A DNA stretch of 64,000 nucleotides from Trichoplax sp. H2 (GCA_003344405.1 NOWV01000185.1:1-64000); one strand, 5' to 3'. Shown: positions 12,869-26,429, numbered from the stretch's first letter. Notes: generated by a model not told the origin, from the letters alone. Translations and numbers: made by a program.

Positions 12869-15800
12869 CTAGAATGCCATCTGAGGACCAGCTTTCGCGA
12901 CGGCGTAGAGTAACGGCAAATCAGCCTTGTCAAACCTGAAAGAGTTATCATCAGTCACTACAGCTATCTGGAACTGTACCTAATAATTTCTATCGTCAGA
13001 ATAATAGCTTTATAACGCTATTTACCCTAAATGCCTAGATATTTGCTCCTCTTTAATACTAGCGTTAGCAGTGATGTATTGAGATAAGACCTAAAATAAT
13101 AATTTTTATTTCTGTAAATAATAATAAATACCCACAAATTTGGATTTACATATATCGAATTTCTTACCGTGCTTTTGAGAAATATTTCTGATAGACAATC
13201 CTCCAAATGCATCATGCACTAGATAGTTGAGGAAATAACAGTGAATAACATAACAATAACATATACAGGATTATGTTGTAGTAAGCAATGATCATACAAG
13301 TGCTTACAAAGTAAGGAGGAAATAATTTTCGAAGATTTTTTACAGAATTTAACATTGCAGAAACAAGCGGGGATGCGGATATTTCTTTCCTTGCTACTTC
13401 ATTCCTAATTTTTAGCAATTAATTATGATTTAGGAATGCCGGTCAATAATTTTACTATCTATAATAGTATGAATTTACAATACCTTGCATCGTTGTTGTT
13501 GGCAATATACATTTCACAGGACCTTTCAAAAGAATTAAAAATTTGCTTAGTGATGATAATCTCGGCAACTGTAAATTGTTACTTTTCATAATTTGTAGTT
13601 ACCATGTATCTGTGTCCGCAACAATACATACAGATTCAGCGATTTCTTCATCTAAAGCCGAACACTAATATGATAGAAAGATTCACGTCATGCATGTTCA
13701 AAGTTTAGGATGAGCTTCTTACTACCTCTTACATACCTCAACAGAATGTTTTAAGTCATCTATCATCTTCTCCTTAAAATTCATTGCTGGAGTTCCATGC
13801 AAAACGAAATCTGGCATATACTCGTCGTTGTAACTATGCAAGAGCAAATAATAATAGTTATACGATAACACCCGGATAAAGTACTGTTAATATATGACAA
13901 CTTTTTAATAATTATTAGAAATTAATCGGCGCTATTATCGTAGTACTACTTGTGAAATATCATTACTTACTCAGCTAAGAACGAGCGTCCAAAGTTAAAG
14001 CTATGATGAAAATGCGTCTCCGAACATCTAATGAGTAGAATATAGATAAGCTCAAATTAGGTTAAAATTGCGAAAATTAATCATATGTTTGAATATTATA
14101 CTCACAGATTATTTACAGGTTTAGGGGAGTTACATTTTTTTGTCCTAGAATAGCGACAAAAAATAGCAACAACATACCGCTACAGGTCAGAAATTGTCAT
14201 ACACTTTTAAAAATTGAAGAACACTTCTTACTTTGGTAATGGAATTTCCTTAAATCCGTCATATAGAGCGTCGACATCTTCGTCAGATTCAGCTCCCTCC
14301 AATGAGGAATTATCTTGACTATCTTTTGATGAAGATGTATCACCGCCTGCAGACTGACATCTAGCTCTACCTGTAATTTTTTCGAACTCTGTATCCTCAA
14401 CAATAGTACTGTTGGCTGCTATCATTTTTTCTGCTAACTCTATGGCGGCATCCGCAGCATTTAAAGGTTTTTCTTTAACCGGATTCTTGACAATTTCATG
14501 AATACAGTTTTCAGAGTAAGCTCTTAGTTTGAGTAATGGAGCTTTCTTTTCTTTGTATTCGGCATCAATCAAAGTTCTCTCATCATCGATTTCATTAAGC
14601 CATTCAATGGTAATTTCATCATCTTCGTAAATTTCACTACATCTGATAAAGTAGCTTAAAAGGTATAATATATTCCTCACTACCGGAGCGTTTTTACCAA
14701 CAACAATAGTTCGACATATTCTGGTATCTGAGCCAACACTACCATAGAGATCACTAATAAAGAATGATGAGGAAAGGTGTACAGCTTATTGAATAAACCA
14801 AGGCCCTAACTGAAATTACTGATAGAGTATTAATGCTAGTTTCATACCCTAATTGAGCCCACACTGGATTGTAAGGAAGCGAGCGCGCCAATTCGTTCAA
14901 CTAAGAGAATATACATGATTAACATATCTTGGTTATAATTGAAAAAGAAGTTAGGGGTAGTAACAGGCTACAATGTCACACTTTTCACACTTACAGATAC
15001 AGAAAAACGTTTATCATAATAGGACGGATAGGGCGATTTTTCATCAGGAGCAACTGTAGAGACCCACGCAAGGTGATGACGTAGGACAGCGGTGATTAAC
15101 TTTGAAATGAAACTGTAAAAAATTTTATGCAATCAGGTTAAGAAAATATTCTTTTATGAATCGTAGATGACGTGAACAATTCATCGCATTAAAAAACAAA
15201 AAACATACAAATTATATTTCGGTTCATTAAATCTTTCGACCATTTGTACTAAGGTATCCACAAAACGCGAACATATTTCGTCTCGTTGATTATTCATAGC
15301 TAGTAAATTAAGCCACACCGGTTCCTGAATAAGCAATAATACATACTGTTACGCAATGATTTCGATGCTGAAAATACAAAGTAAAGCCAATTTCGATGGC
15401 ATATTTCAATATAGTCAATGCAAATACCCTTACCGGCATACGAATAGCAGAATATAACTGGCATACCGTATTCTTAAATTTGGTAACAGCCTGAAATCCA
15501 TGTTTGCGTATAAAAGGAGGAAAGAAATTATTGTATCATACTAACTGTGCAACAAGAATGACAAATTAATCAGCTTCTTACTTCAGTAATAATCGCATAA
15601 AAGTTAGATTTGTCATCAAAGTTTCTATTAATAATTTCCTTAAGTCGGTTAATATGGGATTCCAATACCATAAAATGAGAAAAGAAAAATCTCTTGAAGG
15701 ACCTAAAAAGGGACAGGGTAAACGTTATACTTAAATAAGAAGGACAAGACCAACAACGTAAACGAAATATTCAAATGATATGCATCCAAGTTTACTAACT

Positions 15801-18800
15801 TAATTTTACAGGCATTTTCTTTACTATCATCCCACAAGTTAAATATGATTCCAACGGCTAATTTAAGCTTTCTTCTTCTAGTATTAGAACAATTCTGTAA
15901 TAGAAAGTAATGTTATAAGTAGGAGTATATCACATTAAATTTGTGTAACGTAACTAACTGGAGAATTTTCTGCTTCTTGTATCTGCGAGTTGTCTTCTGA
16001 GAATCCAAATTCGAGACTTGTGGACTTATTGCGGAACAGTCTACGCTGGTAGCTTCCGTGAAAGGTAGCCGGTGACTGCGGGTAAAATAAATAGCTACCT
16101 TTCAAAGAGCTTGATTCTATAAGATATAGCGTAAAAAATCATCCCATTTAGAGAAGAACTATCAATACGAGTATGTGATAAGTTTAAAATAATAATAATC
16201 TTATTGTTCCAATTGTATTAATAGACGACATTATTGAATTCTTGTCGCATTTACCAAATGAATCGGCGCTACCAACTGTAAAAAAATTGAATTTGCATTA
16301 GATGGAAAATATCTTTTCATTATTAATCATTTTGTTAGATACAATGCATGCAAGCATCTCAATGAACGTCGATGTTATGTCAATTATTAAATTTATCATT
16401 AATACTAAGCATTTATACTTACCGCCAAATCCAGAATCACGTCTACCGGTACGAGCAGGAATATTGATTAAACCTTTAAGACCATCAATCAACGAAGTAA
16501 ATCAATATAAAGTGTATGCTAGTTTATATTAAAGATCATATATTTATACAGTTCGATAAACATGTATACATACAATCGACAGAATAATTATGCTTTGCCA
16601 GGCTAGTACGCGGACTTGCTTCTAATGATTAAAACATATAGTGATAAAAATTGAAGAAATTTCGCTGGACGCTAGTTAATCTAAGTTCTAAAATTGTAAA
16701 CCACTTTAATATAACTAGTAAAAGTAAAAATCGCTCGATATTAGAGTACCATCACTTAAAATTATTATTCAATTTTAGTATGTAAGCAAAGCGATATTTT
16801 GATTGGATGAAATAACGTTTATTGGACAACGAGATGAACAAGCAAAGTCGGCAGTCATAAACGTTTTCATATTCTGCTAGTATACGTATAAGTAGAATTG
16901 CTTTAGTAAGGAAGGTGTTAGTACCTTGTCTGAGTATGGAAGTCGACATGGACTTTGAAGTAAGGGCTACACAAAGGTAAATAATATATTGAATTATTAA
17001 TGTTACGAAAGCCGTAGTCGACAAATCGGTCAGTGACTGTAACATATAGCGTAGGCTTACGTCGAGAACTGACGCGTAGTTCATCTAGACTTGATCTTGC
17101 ATAAGACGATTTAGATGACGTATCGTCAGCTTTATTATCAATTCTAAAAAAGGAGATGTAAAATTAATAATACGCCATGAGTAAAGTTAATAATTACTCA
17201 TATATTAATTTTATCAAATTATAGAGGGTAGATCATTAAACTATCTGCTGTACCTATCCAACGTAAATACTTTGGTTACTAATAGTTGTGGAGGTATTCT
17301 AATTTCGTGGACTTTTACAGTGGTTTTGTCAATTTTAACGGCGACAGAACCAAACATAATTTCTTTAAACATTTTAATATCGGAATTAATTTGATTGCCT
17401 TGATTGCCATCTGAGGGGAAACGTCTACCATTCTTTCCAGTATCTAACAGTAACGACTTTTGTCCATGATGATCTTCTTGAAATATTAAGATACGAATTT
17501 GTTTCTCGTCGAAAGGAGGAGATGGCAATCTAAAAGTGATACAGTTTATGTCAATAATAGTGAATTGTTACTCATCAGTGCAGTACATAAATCAATCATT
17601 TACCAGGTATGTTATACATGGAATAAAGTCTATCAATCATTACTTGACTATAGCGATAACGTTGCACCATGTTGTATTAATTTAAAATTTTATATTAATA
17701 TCGAGAGAATAAGAAAGAGCCAATGTTTTGCATTTTAAGTCATAAAAAGTCGATTGATAATGGAACTACGTAATGTTGCTCCTCATTAATTAGGGCGCAA
17801 TTGTTTGAGAATGTTCAGCCAGGGCTACTATTTTGATATCACTGCGTTAGTTTAGTGGTAACATTTTGAAGAGTTATAGGCATTGATGTCCAAATGGTAT
17901 AATGGCAAAGCAGTAAATTTAATGCCTCGGTACACATTGTAGTAAAATACTCGCATGTCAAAGGATTGAGCAGAGCGAGCTCTATGAATAGGTTAATTTT
18001 GCCAACAATTAATGATTAGTACCAAACTCATGACATTCGTATGTACAAATTGTAGACATATCGAGAATTTTTGCCTTAATTTCTTTTAATTCAAAAGAAA
18101 TCTTTCAAAACACAATTTACTATTGATAATTATAGTTTATGACTACAGATCAGCACGCGATATTACAAGGGTCTACTATAGTATATTTAATAGAAAGAAT
18201 AACTGTTATGAGCAATACTAATTCATTTACGTATAATTCAGAAATTGTTTATATTGCAGTAAACATGAATAGGAGCGTGTAGATGATCTAGTACACTATA
18301 ACTTTGGCAATTGGAGAAAAAATGGATGAATTACGTTTTAAAGTGGATGTAGCATACACGCGTAATTTGCTTGTTTTATCCAGTAATCAATCAGTATCAC
18401 TGTAAGTTACAAGTAGAAGAATATGGGACCAATAAAATGCACATGTTTTCATTTTGGTGTTGGTAAGAATATTTACCATGGATAGCTAGTTGTAAGTTTA
18501 CTGTAAGCGAGTGAATTACTTGGATTCTACAAATTGATGGTAACGCGCTGATTATTCTACCCCATTCATTCTAACATAAACATCACTGACGTTCATATAA
18601 CAACAGACTACCGTAGAATAAGAGGCCTTAAAGTCAGATTTTGTGTTGGTTCAATTTGCTTACTACAGTTTACATTAAGAAGATGTTGCATCATTATCTA
18701 GTGGATTACATCGTTTTGGACAAAAGCGACATGTAATTCGATTTGAACCATTGCTAATTGTAAGCATTGACAAGAAGATTTTCATGTTATCAATTTAAAA

Positions 18801-19119
18801 AGTGTATATGGATAGGAGGCTGTAGGTGATATTGCGAAATGATGAGTCGAAAAGGTGCAGACTTTAAGACGTTCATAATGATTATGGTGGAATGAGTCAT
18901 CGATTGTACAGTACTTGTATTATTTTGTATTCATGGCATAGGGAATGTAATATCGGACAACGACAAGAAGTAAGAATGAAATAAGAACATTGTAAAATCA
19001 AAAATTGTCTACTACAGTGCCATAAAGTGTATTCAACCTAGTAAGGTCGATCATGGTAGAACATTTTGTGAAGAGACTTACTTTGGTTTGGCATGGCTTT
19101 CTACTTGACTGCTTGACAT
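12869..19119 (-). CDS. FNIP: Folliculin-interacting protein (FNIP1/2-like), ~24 exons, roughly 790 aa by hand count
   Basis: Spliced translation gives FNIP motifs PPFDEKQIRILIFQED, EIMFGSVA, SYQRRLFR, FFFSHF, LITAVLRHHLAWV, PYNPVWAQLGDLYG, LSYFIRCSE, NFGRSFL, YMPDFVLHG, CIVADTDTW, MHLEDCLSEIFLKS and C-terminal DLPLLYAVA; stop at 12869-12871. The first exon (19082-19119, MSSSQVESHAKP, phase-compatible with exon 17254-17529) is less certain. Confidence 0.9.
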
Positions 19120-20346
19120 TGATTGAAGATTTATATAGCAGCAAATGAAAAAAAAAACATTCAACTTGCAATCATTGCATCATACATAATACAGTCCATA
19201 CCAATGTCTATAGACATCAAGACCACTGGTAGTGCAATCAAGCAATAGGTTGATTGTAATTATCCTATCAACTTGTAGTCGACAAATTATTTATTGTCAA
19301 ATAAGCACCTGCAATCACAGTTGTACTGCGCTCTAAGTTTGTTTTACTGTTTCTATGGACTACCGCCATTCATCAATCTCTTTACTGATACAGTATCGAT
19401 GGACGCAGTTTCCATTCAGCAATATGGCGAGGTTGATCATTGTAAATACTGTAATACATATCTCTAACCCTTTCCACTGTCTTTTTCTGTCGACTAGCAC
19501 TTGTATGTACTGTATTGGACTGTACTAAAGAATTGGTATTTTTTTCTCCTTTTTTTGTGAGGACTATAGCCATGATTGTCAATTGACTGGCCATGGCCAT
19601 TACTGTATATCCTATCAACATTGTCTACTGTAGTATGGTAGTATGCAGTATGACGATGACGTTGTGTACTAATGATTGAACTTACATGACGTCTTGTTCT
19701 TCTTTATGAGAAAAGGATAGAGTTGCTGCTATCTTAGAAAGCATGTTGAACGGTTGATCATGTACACCAGTTGTATATAGACACTGGTTAAGCAGAGAAA
19801 TTCATCCAGAAATGGAAAGGTTGTTTTTGTAGAATGTAGAGTATTTTGCAGCAGTAGTAGGTCGCTATCGACAACCAATGTTTTGATTGGGAAATGACTG
19901 TCAATTGGAATAGGAAAGGTAGACTACATCAATGGATTATCTACTCCTCCTACTACCGTATAATATAAACTGTTGGCTATTGCAATACTATGTAGGATAG
20001 TAATCAGTCAAGATTGCTTGCAGAACGATTTGACCGCTATTGAAAAATGAAGGATGGAAAGCTTGACCAACACTCTCGCTGTTGTCTCCTCCACTGACAA
20101 TTGTTGTATCAAAGAGATCCAATCTACTCCAACGGCTGTCCACTACAGTATCCAACAACCATTTCAATTCAATGACTTTAACAAACCCCTTTTTCTTCTT
20201 TTTAGACACAACTCTTGACAGACAAATGTTTCTCAATCTCTCCAGCACCAATTTTCAAGCTCAATTTCAAGTCGATTGGACATGCAATTCAATGAATTGC
20301 CAGAGACATGTTGGAAGATTCCACTTTGGCTAAGTGCAAAAGAATT

Positions 20347-20402
20347 CCTTCACCCAAGTACCTTCACCCTACTACCTTCACCCTACTACCTTCACCCTAC
20401 TA
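20347..20402. repeat. Short tandem repeat, 4 x 14 bp (ccttcaccctacta)
   Basis: Directly visible; the first copy has two substitutions. Confidence 0.9.
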
Positions 20403-20599
20403 CTGCTGGACCGCTATGCTATTGTCAATAACAATAAGGCGCGTCACCACAGTGGGGTTGAACACCGTGTCCCATGACTTGCACTTTATTCAAGTACGGT
20501 GAAATAAAATGCCCATAGTTTTACCTTAGCTCGATACTTGTGTTTCAACGCTATCGACGGAGTGACTAGGGTGGACTGTTTACAGGGGGCAGTCCGATG

Positions 20600-21200
20600 C
20601 ATGATATCCACATGACGCTCCTCATTCAAAGCCATTTCCCATACAAACCAATACAGAGTCTGTGACCTAGACGGTACAGTACAGTACGGTACAGGAGAAC
20701 TGGTTCCGAAAGTAGCGTCACGTGCTCATCCGGTGGCTTGTGCGTCAGCACATAGCTGAGTGACTGAGTCATCCGAAATACTTTCCAGTCCAGGTTAGGT
20801 TAGTCGCTGATGACAGCTTGGACAGACAGAAAAGTCCTCCAACGACGAGAGGGTAATGGGAGTTGTCTGTCCAACTTCTTGGTACTAGTACAGTACCGGT
20901 AAAGTACCGGTACAGTACTGGTATGGATTGTGTACAGTACAGTACTGTACGGTAGACTACAGATCGTGCAGTACTGTACAGTACTGTACACTGTAAAGCT
21001 GTCGAGAAAGTCACCTACCGATCCCAAGCTTGGGAACGCATGAATGTGTACAGTACAGCAGTCCAAAACGTCACCCATCGATCCCATTGTTGGGCGCGCA
21101 TAGACAGTTGGACACTGGACGGTACGCAAACAATTCATCATCCAAGTTTCAAACTGGACGCCATTGTCTATACTTTACTGTACCATGGACGATGCAGCTG
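20600..21200. promoter_or_regulatory. Putative divergent promoter region of FNIP and STOML1
   Basis: Lies between head-to-head genes. GC and CpG are higher than in the flanks, CAGTA/TACTG words are dense, and it carries GTCACGTG (20717-20724) and CACATGAC (20609-20616). Confidence 0.55.
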
Positions 21201-21665
21201 AGATTGGCGACAGTGGCCTGTCTAAATCAATGATTGCTATGCTTTTCTTTTCACCACAGTCATGGACTACAATACCAAATGTCCTCGATAGTCCATGACC
21301 ACCATTGCAACAGTAGTCTAGACTACAGTATGACCACCGTGCTACAAGCGTACTGTACAACTCTCCTCAGGCTCATTTCCCTTATTCAACGGTTTTGTTT
21401 TGGTACTGAACCTTCGACCGATGCAATGACAACAACATCAACACAAAATCGGTGTACCATCTCCAACCTGCTATTGTGGACCAAAATGCCGCTAGCATCC
21501 TAGGCTACAGTATGGCGAGTGGAGAAGACAGCCAGTCGTCTGTTGCACCACGCCATGGTACCGTACTGCGCAGGGTCGTCAACGACAGTCATAAGAAGCA
21601 GGTGACCCACTGGAAAGGTTGAAGCCATCGCCACTTCAACTTGGACCCGATTACGATCGAGGAAA

Positions 21666-24428
21666 ATGGTGACGATGAAATATAACGCAATTCCTCTTGA
21701 CGATAGGCAACTAACGGCTAACCAATTACCATGTAAGGCAATTAAGAATGTTTTGAAAATGATTAAGACTAGCTCAGTAGACACGTTGCCTTGGAAGAGA
21801 CTTGATTTCTTCTCCTTATTGATGTTATTTATTATTATTATGATGGATAGCCAAAAAGTTCCATCCATGCTATTATGTCATCGTGTCGCTATGTTACCTG
21901 CTGATGCTGATAACATCGCCTTTCTCATGGTACTTCTGCTTAAAGGTAGGCCTGATCATCCAAGCTGAATTCTATCAGTGCAATCAATGATCATTAGTCT
22001 TGCTTTGTAAACCCAATTTACTCTACTCCAATCTATCAGCCATAAGTCAACAGTTAGCGATGTCTAATTGACTACCATTGGGCTTTCAACGCTGAAATGC
22101 AACACTTCCACTTCTGCTCAAGTACAGTATACACTTCGGTGATTCAATCCAATATCTTGCTACAGTATCCATGCATATTCGCTTTTCAGCGTAATAGCAG
22201 AAGTACAGTATACACTTCGGTGATCCAATCCAATATCTTGCTACAGTATCCATGCATATTCGCTTTTCAGCATAATAACTGTACTACTTGCCATAGGACT
22301 ACCTTGTTGGATAGGCTAGATCCCACCTACTTCACATTATAATTATTGACTAACTATACATTATCTTCACTGCCGTGTAATATTATCTAGCAATCGTATC
22401 AATGATTTACATTCGCAAGTTGATCTTAGCCAATATATTTCTCAGCAAGTGAAATAAAACTCTTCAATAAATTACATAGAATTTGCCTAAAAATACTTAA
22501 AAAAAAACAAACAACAATAATTAAGACGAGTGGTCGATGTGCTTCATCACAACATTAGATCAATACCGTACTGAATACCTAAAGCGAAATGACATCCATA
22601 CTATGGCAACTGTGATCATTATATATTAATTATTCAAAACGATCCATTGCTGCTGCTATACTGTAAAGAGTCGTCAACATGTATTGATGCTATCGAACTG
22701 AAAGATGTAGTAATGAGTGAACTTTCCCTTTAAAGTATAATGAAATGAATTGAGCTGACGTTATTCAATGATATACATAGGCGGTCAAGGAATATGAAGT
22801 ATTATCCATTTTCCGCCTTGGCAGACTACTTCCGCCCAAGAAATCAGGTTAGATAATTAATTGTGACGCTACTTATCTCAAAATAACAACTTATACAACT
22901 TGGTTACTGCCGTATATCACCACAATGCTACTCTAGGCGTTAAAACATTAGTAATGATCTTGTTTATCAAGCCAATTATCGCAACCCAGGTGGATATTGT
23001 GCAATGACCTTGCACGTATTGCTAAACTCGTCCTACAACATCTAAGCCGGTAATCGAGGATGATCCTGTTTTGAATACTAACATTACACATTTTTTCAAG
23101 GTATTAACGTAATTTTACCGTGTATTGACAACTGGACCATTTGCGACATGAGGACTCGTGCATTCAACGTACCGCCCCAACAGGTAAATAATAATGATAA
23201 TCATAACGTGCGTAAGTTGTGACTGTGCTACTTACATTCGTTTTTACTGTACTGCAAGTTGAGAAAATTGCAGTATTTCCTGTACTTTCTGAGCTGGTTC
23301 TATAATTTACGTAGTACCTGTAGATAATAGTTTTTAGCCATCTAAATGATGACGTATAACATTGCTTCCAATCTTTTTTTTCCAGATTTTAACTCAAGAT
23401 AAGGCTACTATCTCTATTGGCGCATCCATCTATTATCGTATTCATGATGCAAATACCTCTATAATGGCAACGCAGGATCTAAATTGTTCATCACGAACAA
23501 TCGCTCAAACTTCTGTCAAAAATATTCTTACAACAAAAACTGTACAGGAAATTGAATCGAAATTGCCACATTTAAATGATGAAATTCAAGTAAAGTGAAT
23601 TTAACCTTCATTTATTGTAGCCTACAATCATGCCATGATTGATTGAATTGAACTTTTCAACTCATAAATAACGCTTATTTCTCAGATTTCATTAAACAAG
23701 GAAACAACGCTATGGGGTATGGAAATCCAGCGAGTTGAGCTGTAAGTTTATAGTTTGATTTAAAAAAGCAATAGACGCATTTAAATTGATCTTACGGTAT
23801 TGCACTATTTAATTGTAATGTATGTACCCTTCACAGAACTTTGCCCCGAGTTCTACGACGCCAAGATGATACTTCCAACCCAATCTTATTACCCGATTAC
23901 GCATATACTCCAAAAACTGACATCAATTTTGTTTCTCCTGGTTATAATACTACCTATGTTACTCCTGGTCACAACACTATTAACTATGATTCTACCGCAT
24001 TGGAAATGTTAAATACTAGCAGTAAATCACATGTAGATTCCACTGAAGCCTACAACGCGAAAGAAAATGTAAAGGCGCGCCTTTCACCACATGATATTAT
24101 TACAGCTATAGATGGCTTATGTAACAGAATCCATGTTGCTAATGTAGGAGCTGTTTACCAATTAGATTTAGAGATATCACGAGGTGTTACGGAGACTTAT
24201 TACATTGATTTAAAATATGGAGATGGATCTGCTGGTGTAGGAAAGCCAAGAAATTGTAAACCTGATTGTATCATCAGTATATCAGAAGAAGACATGGTAG
24301 ATTTATTTACGAGGCAGATATCTGCTAAAATGGCTTATATGCAAGGTAGACTAAGAGTATCTGGTAACATAGGCTCAGCAATGAAGTTAGAGAGTTTCCT
24401 ATCTTCATTGGCTGAGCGCGTGGTATAA
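21666..24428 (+). CDS. STOML1: Stomatin-like protein 1 (SPFH/band-7 domain plus C-terminal SCP2 sterol-binding domain), 7 exons
   Basis: Exons 21666-21732, 21851-21945, 22781-22847, 23101-23183, 23386-23589, 23686-23741, 23837-24428. N-terminal YNAIPL, membrane hairpin CYLLMLITSPFSWYFCLK, IFRLGRL, ILPCID, DMRTRAFNVPPQQILTQD, WGMEIQRVEL, SCP2 motif AYMQGRLRVSGN. Confidence 0.93.
22120..22271. repeat. Near-perfect direct duplication (71 bp copies, 81 bp period) in STOML1 intron 2
   Basis: aagtacagtatacacttcggtgat[t/c]caatccaatatcttgctacagtatccatgcatattcgcttttcagc at 22120-22190 and 22201-22271. Confidence 0.92.
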
Positions 24429-25721
24429 TTATTATTTTGGTAAGAGAAAGGTATCGTCGACTAATTTATGGGCTAATAATGATTAATTAATAAGAAGATA
24501 TTGCCTGTAACTTTGAATTTAATATGATGATACGCTAATTGTGCGTAATAAATTTTAATATCCATTATTTTACATTATTAGGCATCTTATGCTTGTATTT
24601 CGATTCTCAATATTCTTACAGTAATGGAAGATTCCTAGAATATTATAAATAATACATATGTATATGTCCGTATAGATCTGTACTTACATAATATACTACA
24701 TGTACATTTATTTAGTATATTTAAGGCATATACAGTACATACTGTATATCTGTACATCTGTGAATATGTAAGTAATTCATACAGTTCTTGCCCAGACAGA
24801 ATAGGAACTGCAGCAGTGTTAATTATTGACGTAAAACTACTGCCGTTGGGCGTTATCTTTGAAACATCGAAATAGGTAAAAAATTGTTATGGAGCTGTTT
24901 TAGCACAATCATTAGTATCTTAATTTATTATAATTTTTCCTTTGTAATTACATATTCTGCTGTATGTGTATTGAATGAAGATATTGTATAATAATTTTGC
25001 GTTTTAAAATCATACACAAAAGAATTTATACAGCAATGCTTCTGTTTATCTATATTACAAAAATTTTGATTACTGATGGATTCCACTGAGGAAAAAAAGC
25101 TTCCTGTTGGATATAACATTCAAAATTTTTCGACTTAGAAACATGAATAAGCTACTATCAGCAGCTATCATTTATCTACTTTTGCTAGCTTAATACAGCT
25201 TGTGATCCAATCAATGTGTAATAATGTACTACAGTATGAAACCGTAAAGATTAGGTATCGAATTTGAAGCGAGCTTTTAGCATCAATCTACTCGTCACTA
25301 GCATCGTTTTGTTATATCATTCCTGTGTATGATCTTTGTATCGTGTAAATAGCTTTTATAAATACATTGGATAGTTAACGACCGATATGTGTACCACCTG
25401 CTCATCACTCTAATTTAACAATTTCTATATATTAAGAGACGTTATGTTATAATTGTATAGGGTAGTGTTCAGGCAAATTATCGGAATATCGTACTTAGTT
25501 GATAGTTTTAGTATTACAATGTATAATCAATAAATCTTATTGTTGTAAATGTGTTATCATTAATTTTAGTGGACATGAATGAAACTTGCTGGTAGATTTA
25601 TAGCAGAAAAAGTTTGACTTTTAATAAATATAAAAATTTATACAATTTTTTTCGTTTGTAACTTCATTTGCACCTAAAGCTGTAAAGCTTCCAATGTGGT
25701 CATTGATACAATAAACTTTGA

Positions 25722-26429
25722 TTACTGCATATTATTTCGGTCCACCATACCAGGATAGCACTTGCTATAAGCGATGTTACCGTTATTATTGACAATCAAT
25801 TCAGGAACCATTTGTTGATTAGCAGGATCTTCTCGGTGCATAGGATTAGCTGGAGGATTCATGATTGAATATGGCATGTTGGATTGTCCTGCTGGTGGTA
25901 CAGTTTGCATTAACTGGCCCCCAGCAGTTGCTTGCATTTGTTGGTGAGATAATTGAGGAAGTGGCGGTAAATGATGCCCAGTAGAATTGATTAACATTTC
26001 GGTTAAAGCTGTGATGTAATTTTGAGCCAGGAGTAAAGTTTCAATTTTTGATAATTTTTTATCTGGTGACGGTTTTGGAACAACTTTTCTTAATTCCTCG
26101 TATGCTTCATTCAAGTTATGCATCCTTTGACGTTCACGTTCATTGATTAATAATCTTCTAGCTCGAGCATTAGCAGCCATTAGTGGATTTTCCCCTTCTA
26201 GTTTGTCGCATCTCCTAAGTGGAAGAAATTGCTCATCGACTAAGTCGCTGTCACTAATAGACGGTCTTTTCTTACCATTTATACGTGATCTCAATTTGTA
26301 ATTTTGGCCTAAACCTTTGTCATCTAAGTTCATCGCGTTTATAGGCATGTCTTTGTTGTTATCGATGTTGAGGTAATCTTTTTCGTTTATTACCGAAGAA
26401 AAATCGTGATTGCAATCACCATTAGCCAT
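25722..26429 (-). CDS. Intronless atonal-superfamily bHLH transcription factor (Mist/Dimmed- or Olig/Beta3-like)
   Basis: 235 aa ORF with b[31 protein letters not shown]...[19 protein letters not shown] and a P/Q/M-rich C-terminal region. Confidence 0.93.
   Translation of the reverse strand: MANGDCNHDFSSVINEKDYLNIDNNKDMPINAMNLDDKGLGQNYKLRSRINGKKRPSISDSDLVDEQFLPLRRCDKLEGENPLMAANARARRLLINERERQRMHNLNEAYEELRKVVPKPSPDKKLSKIETLLLAQNYITALTEMLINSTGHHLPPLPQLSHQQMQATAGGQLMQTVPPAGQSNMPYSIMNPPANPMHREDPANQQMVPELIVNNNGNIAYSKCYPGMVDRNNMQ

Noticed and set aside
20524..20602. Alternative FNIP first coding exon (MHRTAPCKQ...RAK then gtaaaa) on the minus strand
   Set aside because: Its phase 0 end is incompatible with the phase 2 acceptor at 17529. 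It may be a 5' UTR exon but is not called.
19382..21503. Many overlapping 60-120 aa ORFs rich in T/V/Q/Y/C
   Set aside because: By-products of higher GC and CAGTA/TACTG words; the same applies to 30535-31133 and 35659-36572.
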